Origin: a candidate division FCPU426 bacterium
Lineage (GTDB): Bacteria; Oederibacteriota; Muellerivitia; Muellerivitales; Muellerivitaceae
Assembly: GCA_963738405.1 (NCBI GenBank)
Contig: CAVTWJ010000002.1
Location: forward strand, 32,001 to 96,000
DNA: 64,000 nt
Direction of reading: 5' to 3'
Numbering within the stretch: the stretch's first letter is position 1; the number at the start of each line of letters is the position of its first letter. Shown here in pieces: positions 58,779-64,000 of this stretch. The position numbers and the translations under genes are program-made. The notes beneath the pieces are model-generated. The model was given only the letters and a program-made list of their open reading frames with translations, had not been told where the DNA came from and searched no databases.

Positions 58779-59768
58779 CTAAGCCGAATCCCGAACAATC
58801 AAATGGGTCTTGATTTGCAGGGTGGAACGAACCTTCTCCTCACCTGTAACCAACCTCATCAATTTGTGAACGGCTTGTTTCCCTAATTCAAAGGGGTCGT
58901 ACCCCACGGTGGTAAGGGTAGGCGTCACATAGGAAGCCATTTCAATATCATCAAAACCCACTAACGCGAACAGGCCTTCTTTTTTACGGTTCTGCAGGGT
59001 CTTCATTACCCCGATGGCCATGGCGTCATTCGCCGCGAAGATGGCGGTAGGCGGGTTGGCCATTTCCAGGAATTTCCCTGCCGCCTCGATGCCGGAGGGA
59101 ATGGTGTAATTCCCCTTTTGGATCAAGCTCTCGTCGATAGGTATGCCAGCCTCCTTCAACGCCAACCGATAGCCCTGCTCGCGGTCGGAAGAATCGCTCA
59201 TATCTTCCCTGCCCGTGATGAAACCGATCCTCTTATGTCCCTTTTGAATCAAGTGTTCGGTGGCTTGTTTTCCGCCGTTGAGATTATCGAGGGCAATGGT
59301 GGGCATAAGGTACTCGAACCGCTTTTCACCGGCGACCACCATGGGAAACTTGCGCTGGTTCAAACTGCGGATGAGCCCTTCCATCTGGGGCGAGGGCAGG
59401 AAAAATAAAAGGCCGTCCACCACCGGCGGCTCGGTGAGGGTATGGATAATCTCCCTTTCCTCCAGGGTTCCTTCCGGCAGGGTCGCGAGGGTCAAAAGCT
59501 TTCCATGTCGCCGGGCTTCTTCTTCCATGCCCGAAATCGAAACGGCCGCGAAGAGATTGAGGGAAGGGGTGACCACGCCCAGAAACCCGGTCTTATGGTT
59601 GGCCGCCAAGCCCCTGGCGAAGCGGTTGGGCCGGTACTGCATCTTTTCCATCATGGCTTTGACTTTTTGTTCGGTCTCAAACTTCACCGCCAGCCCGTTT
59701 AAAACCCTTGAAACAGTCGCCTTGGAAACACCCGTGTTATCGGCGATCTGTTGAATCGTCACACCCAT
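58779..59768 (-). CDS. LacI family transcriptional regulator
   Basis: TIQQIADNTGVSKATVSRVLN; PTAIFAANDAMAIG; VGFDDI. Confidence 0.96.
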   Translation of the reverse strand: MGVTIQQIADNTGVSKATVSRVLNGLAVKFETEQKVKAMMEKMQYRPNRFARGLAANHKTGFLGVVTPSLNLFAAVSISGMEEEARRHGKLLTLATLPEGTLEEREIIHTLTEPPVVDGLLFFLPSPQMEGLIRSLNQRKFPMVVAGEKRFEYLMPTIALDNLNGGKQATEHLIQKGHKRIGFITGREDMSDSSDREQGYRLALKEAGIPIDESLIQKGNYTIPSGIEAAGKFLEMANPPTAIFAANDAMAIGVMKTLQNRKKEGLFALVGFDDIEMASYVTPTLTTVGYDPFELGKQAVHKLMRLVTGEEKVRSTLQIKTHLIVRDSA

Positions 59769-59813
59769 GTCGGCTCCTTAACCATGTTGCCCCTGAAACT
59801 TAAAGGGAATTTT

Positions 59814-59827
59814 TGTAACCGGTTTAA
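59814..59827. promoter_or_regulatory. Probable LacI-family operator
   Basis: TGTAACCGGTTTAA, an imperfect palindrome centred on CG, upstream of the LacI gene. Confidence 0.55.
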
Positions 59828-59934
59828 TGTAATGCCAAACACAAGATATAAGAAGAAAAAACAATGGGAAAATTTCAATTTGTTACAAAAAGGGATTTTG
59901 TACTGCGTATTAAAGGGTCTTCAGAAAAGAAAAA

Positions 59935-60603
59935 TCAGGGACAGTTGGGGACGAGGCGCAGGTTATCCATGTAGATATTCCCTGTTCCGTTTGGAATTCC
60001 GTTCGAGTTTCCAGTGGCGCTATTGTTATAAACAAAGGTCCACTTGGTCATGCCTTCCGTGGGAAGGATGGTTCCCGCCGAAAACTTAATGTTCCAAACC
60101 ACGCTTTGCGACCCGGCGTTAATGGTCGGGTAGTCGCCGCTGATGGCCTGGAAATACTTACTTGAGGGGCCGTCATCCGCCACGAATAAAAGGGTGTGGT
60201 ATCCCGCGTCGTTAACCACCGATGGGTCCACCGTGACATCCATAATCACTTGGGTGGTATTGGTAAGTACCAGCGGTGTGGCAAAGGTCATGATCAGGAT
60301 ATTCTGGTTGAAGGAAACGGGCGTGATGATATCCACGTCCAGAGAATAGAGCCCCTGCGTCGGATAGTAGGGCGACTTCGAAAGGACAGAGGTATAGGTA
60401 ACGCCGTTGGCCGGGTCATTGAGGGTGATACCGTTATCTGAAACCCCGCCTCCAATGGTTTCAAAGCCAGCTAGAAGGGTATCGGGGCAGGGCGCGTGAT
60501 AAACCATCGCGGCGGCGGATGGCGTTTTTTGGGAACAGCCATCGGCCCAAACGAACAAGAGAACAAAAGCCGCCGAGGCCAAAGCCGGTATTAGAAAATT
60601 CAT
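59935..60603 (-). CDS. Putative lipoprotein with carbohydrate-binding-like beta-sandwich
   Basis: Hydrophobic leader ending ADGC; LLAGFE...TQGLYSL...GNIYMDNLRL pattern. Confidence 0.6.
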   Translation of the reverse strand: MNFLIPALASAAFVLLFVWADGCSQKTPSAAAMVYHAPCPDTLLAGFETIGGGVSDNGITLNDPANGVTYTSVLSKSPYYPTQGLYSLDVDIITPVSFNQNILIMTFATPLVLTNTTQVIMDVTVDPSVVNDAGYHTLLFVADDGPSSKYFQAISGDYPTINAGSQSVVWNIKFSAGTILPTEGMTKWTFVYNNSATGNSNGIPNGTGNIYMDNLRLVPNCP

Positions 60604-60660
60604 TTTCTTCACAACTCCCCTCCCCAATCCCGTCCCACCAATAATACCGCGCTGTACCGA

Positions 60661-63000
60661 TTAGAACCGGACTTCATAGCTCACCTCGCCGAATTGGTTG
60701 TTCAGCGTGCCCTGCATTTGCCCTGAAGGAAGCATGTTCCCGAAAGACCAGCCGTAATCCAAATAGAGGCTGGAATTGCGGTTGACGTTAAAGGTTGTGG
60801 ACCAACGCAGGCTCTGGACGGTTCCATTGACCGTAAAAGACGAGTACTGATTTAAATCGGAGCCGTCATAGAGGTAGCTGTACCTGGCGTAAAGCGACCC
60901 GCCGTATCCATATTCGGTACCATTCGCCTGCCTTTGGCTATAAGCCACGGACATTTCCCACACGGGAAGGATTTCGACCCTAACTCCCCCGATAGCCCAA
61001 AGGCTGGTCAAGGTCCCCAGGGAACTGTTGGTTTGTTCGTACCGGAAATTGGTTCCTATTTCCAATGCCCTATCCCACCCTAGTGAAGGCCCAAGGTTGA
61101 AGCGGGGCCCGATATTGATGTAAGTGAAATTACGTGTCGGCGCCGCCCCGGAAGCGACCTGAACCGGCTGAAGTGTGGTGCTGTTGGGGGGCAAGGCCAT
61201 TTCTCCGGTAATCTCCTGGGCTAGATAGGCCGACCCCAATAGCTTCAAAGCCTGTTTTTCGAGAGCCTTGATATCAAACTCAAGGCCGAAACCCCTTCGG
61301 TTGGGGGTCGCCAAGCCATAGGGAAAGGTATTGTCCTGTGTTCGGTCGTAGAAACTATAAATTTGCCCAGCCCTCGGAACATTGGTCAGGAAATCCTGGT
61401 CCCGAAGCGGCGCTTGCCATTGTTCTTCTGAAGGGACATATTTCGCCATGCTGGAAACATCGGTGACGGCGTCCTGCCGGGTCTGGGCTAAGGGGTTGTA
61501 ATAGTAGGGGTCCACATTCAGGTAGACGAGGGAAACACTGGAATCCCCGGCCAGGAAGTATGGCCCGCCCGTTAGGGCATAATCCGTCGTGACACGTTCT
61601 GGGTTTAATTTGTCGTCTTGGTAGCTGGAATAGGCGTATTCCACGCCAATACCGGCGTAAACATCCCCGCCGAAACCCATTTTGAAATCGGGTTTGACGC
61701 TTCCAATTAGGTATTGGTGGGCCCAGGTGTTCGGATTCGTGGGGCTATAAGCGGACCCTGGGGTGTCGGAATTAAGAGGCTCATCCAGAACTAGACCATA
61801 GGTATCCAACTGGGCCTGGAAAGAAAGATTATCCGAGTACCACTTTTTGGATCTTAAGGAAGCCGTACCCGCCGCCAGCCAGTCCGTGAATTGGTCGGGG
61901 CCAAAATACCATCCGCCAAAATTACCCGTGTCATCGAACCCGTTGCGGATCATGTGGATGAAGGCGGACACCTTCAACAGGTCCAGCGCATCCGAATCGG
62001 GCCAAAGGACCTTGGTGCCTATCTTTAACCCCCTGAAAGGCCAATTGGGCTCATCATCAAAATAGCTCTCATACTTCAAATTCTCATCCTGGCGGGCCCA
62101 CATTTCGGGGGCATATTTCAAATCCAACGTATTACGGTTCCAGAGGGTCAAGGGCGTGTAGGATTGCTCAAAATCTCCCAAGGTGGCCGAAAACCAGGGT
62201 GGATTGAAGTTCAAAGCCAGTTTCTGCAGCTCCAGCAGGAAGTTGCTGCTGGCCGACACGCTGTCCGGAGAATCTAAAACAAAAGACCCGTTTTGGGAGG
62301 CATGGGATGGTGCATTGAAGGGATTTCCCGAGAAATTCGTCTCAATCCGGAAAATGCTGTCGAAACTGATTTCTTTGGTGACGATCGCCGTAGGCGCCAG
62401 ATCCAAAAAGCCGAAGGACATGCGGTATCCAGGATTGGGGAAATAGGCGTTGGTGTAGACCCCGGAATATTGCTGGGTAAACCCAAAGGCCCTTCCCAAA
62501 CCGTGGATGGCGATGGTGGGATATTGGTCGATTCCCTTCACCCTCTTACGCAGGGCAAATTCCTGGTTTTCCAGGTCCTGCACCGAAGAGCTCAAGGTTT
62601 GGATGCTCTCATTTAATTTGCTCAGTTCGTAGCGGTAGGTTTCCTCAAGGTTATGCAAAACCACACCCGCTTTATAAATTACTGTCGGGGCCCTTTGGGC
62701 ATAGGGTGTGCCGCCTTGCCCAACCGCTGTTCCAGTCTGGGCATCGGCCACCACGATTCCATCGTACTTGGACTGGGCCTTCAGGATGTCTTGCGCCACA
62801 TCGAAGCGAGTCAAGGGAGCCCGCACATCCATGGGCGAAAGTAGCCCCGCATCAGCCAATTGCTGAAGCTGGGCATAAACCGGATCATTCCCTGGAACTG
62901 CCGAAAAGATGGAGTTTGATGAATCGGCGGCCCGCAAGGGACTGCCTAGAAAAAGGACTGCCAAGAGCAGCAGGCTGTAGGTTTTAGAAGCTGACTTCAT
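60661..63000 (-). CDS. Outer membrane protein with SLH-like domain, coiled coil and probable beta-barrel (OmpM-like architecture)
   Basis: FSAVPGNDPVYAQLQQLADAGLL...PLTRFDVA; heptad segment; aromatic-rich strands; C-terminal YEVRF. Confidence 0.7.
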   Translation of the reverse strand: MKSASKTYSLLLLAVLFLGSPLRAADSSNSIFSAVPGNDPVYAQLQQLADAGLLSPMDVRAPLTRFDVAQDILKAQSKYDGIVVADAQTGTAVGQGGTPYAQRAPTVIYKAGVVLHNLEETYRYELSKLNESIQTLSSSVQDLENQEFALRKRVKGIDQYPTIAIHGLGRAFGFTQQYSGVYTNAYFPNPGYRMSFGFLDLAPTAIVTKEISFDSIFRIETNFSGNPFNAPSHASQNGSFVLDSPDSVSASSNFLLELQKLALNFNPPWFSATLGDFEQSYTPLTLWNRNTLDLKYAPEMWARQDENLKYESYFDDEPNWPFRGLKIGTKVLWPDSDALDLLKVSAFIHMIRNGFDDTGNFGGWYFGPDQFTDWLAAGTASLRSKKWYSDNLSFQAQLDTYGLVLDEPLNSDTPGSAYSPTNPNTWAHQYLIGSVKPDFKMGFGGDVYAGIGVEYAYSSYQDDKLNPERVTTDYALTGGPYFLAGDSSVSLVYLNVDPYYYNPLAQTRQDAVTDVSSMAKYVPSEEQWQAPLRDQDFLTNVPRAGQIYSFYDRTQDNTFPYGLATPNRRGFGLEFDIKALEKQALKLLGSAYLAQEITGEMALPPNSTTLQPVQVASGAAPTRNFTYINIGPRFNLGPSLGWDRALEIGTNFRYEQTNSSLGTLTSLWAIGGVRVEILPVWEMSVAYSQRQANGTEYGYGGSLYARYSYLYDGSDLNQYSSFTVNGTVQSLRWSTTFNVNRNSSLYLDYGWSFGNMLPSGQMQGTLNNQFGEVSYEVRF

Positions 63001-64000
63001 AGGTCAACCTCCAAATCTGTTCCCGCCGGTCAAACCCTGGAACGTCCTTCCATGTGTACTGGTTGTAGAACCAATCACCGTGAATCTCGAAGGTAGGGCT
63101 TATGGGGCAGCGGAACCCGAAGGCGTAGGAAGTACGGGTGATGCTTAAAGCTTGGTAGAGATAATTTCCCAGCATTGAATTATCAACCACCGGCGAGTAA
63201 CTCGCGAAGGTTGGCAGGCCCGCCGAATTGTTATAAAGGGAGATGATATTGCCAAGGGTATATTCCTTCCCGCTCGACTGGGCCAGTTCAAAAGCCCCCG
63301 AAAGGGTCAGTCCCTCCAAAACCGGAATTTGCGGGAAAGGCCCCACGTCCGTGCAGACGATGAAGGTGTCGACGCTAAAGGGTGGAGCGCCCAAACCCAA
63401 ATCAGTGGTTTGGTGCTTGTAATCAATCGCCGTATCCAGGGTGGGGGGCATCCCCTCGAAGCCCTTGGCCCAATCCACGGAAATGGCCCCTTCATATCCT
63501 CCAAAGGTACGAATGTTGGTCTGAGCGGCATCACTGTCCACCGGCAGTACGGTCTGGCCCACACCAGTCAGCACATAATCAGGCTGTATTTCGTGCAGGT
63601 TCAATACATAGGAAGCCTGAGGTTTGACCCATCCGCCCTTCCCGATATCCGCAGAAAAGCCCAGCACATAGCCTTCCCGGTTCGGGGTCGCGTCCCCGTA
63701 AGGCAGGGCGTTCTCTTCCATTCGGTCGTAAGGGGCAAAGGCTGGGCGGGTGACGTTTTGGAAAACATAGCCGTTCAGATAACCTCCCAAGGCGTCATCC
63801 AGGTTTTCGTTGCCATTGATGTAGCCGGACCCGGCCGTGCCCGAAATGGGAGAGTAGCGGTTGGTTTGAGCGCCGGGCGAGAAAAAGTTGGGCCCGTTGG
63901 AAAGGTACTTCATGGTCCAATGGGTCCCCTGCACATCCAAAGAGGCGTGACCCAGGAAAGCCCAGTCGTTGTAGACGCTTCCTGAATTATTGGCGTCATC
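62984..64000 (-). CDS. Paralogous outer membrane protein (5' end outside the window)
   Basis: Frame open to the window edge; YDRMEENALPYGDATPNREG matches YDRTQDNTFPYGLATPNRRG of the neighbour; ends YEVSF. Confidence 0.75.
   Translation of the reverse strand, partial: DDANNSGSVYNDWAFLGHASLDVQGTHWTMKYLSNGPNFFSPGAQTNRYSPISGTAGSGYINGNENLDDALGGYLNGYVFQNVTRPAFAPYDRMEENALPYGDATPNREGYVLGFSADIGKGGWVKPQASYVLNLHEIQPDYVLTGVGQTVLPVDSDAAQTNIRTFGGYEGAISVDWAKGFEGMPPTLDTAIDYKHQTTDLGLGAPPFSVDTFIVCTDVGPFPQIPVLEGLTLSGAFELAQSSGKEYTLGNIISLYNNSAGLPTFASYSPVVDNSMLGNYLYQALSITRTSYAFGFRCPISPTFEIHGDWFYNQYTWKDVPGFDRREQIWRLTYEVSF

Overview
Gene-dense bacterial chromosomal window from a diderm organism (TolC, secretin, autotransporter and beta-barrel genes); the lineage cannot be determined from sequence alone. 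In order: (i) an ArsR-controlled cluster linked to sulfur or efflux (TauE, 2x DUF2892, RND, TolC, DUF6132) with twin palindromic operators; (ii) a long, almost all minus-strand run of accessory genes (Sel1 and TPR proteins, SRPBCC/YciI/ArsR, GIDE-domain protein, PemK/MazF toxin-antitoxin pair, large Gly-rich autotransporter) with copies of a 26-bp palindromic repeat; (iii) an AT-richer Tad/Flp pilus locus with two pilins and a TadZ-TadA fusion; (iv) translation genes (thrS, L20 leader, infC-rpmI-rplT, a TrmH-family gene, pheS without pheT) and three tRNAs; (v) rfbBAC, DUF4301, and an ExeA-like ATPase with a large TPR protein; (vi) sugar genes (xylA-xylB-PGI/PMI, galK plus nucleotidyltransferase, LacI) and two paralogous outer-membrane proteins, the complete one with OmpM-like SLH/coiled-coil/barrel architecture. 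No CRISPR array, rRNA, integrase or transposase was seen. All family calls come from recognising motifs by eye, not from database searches.
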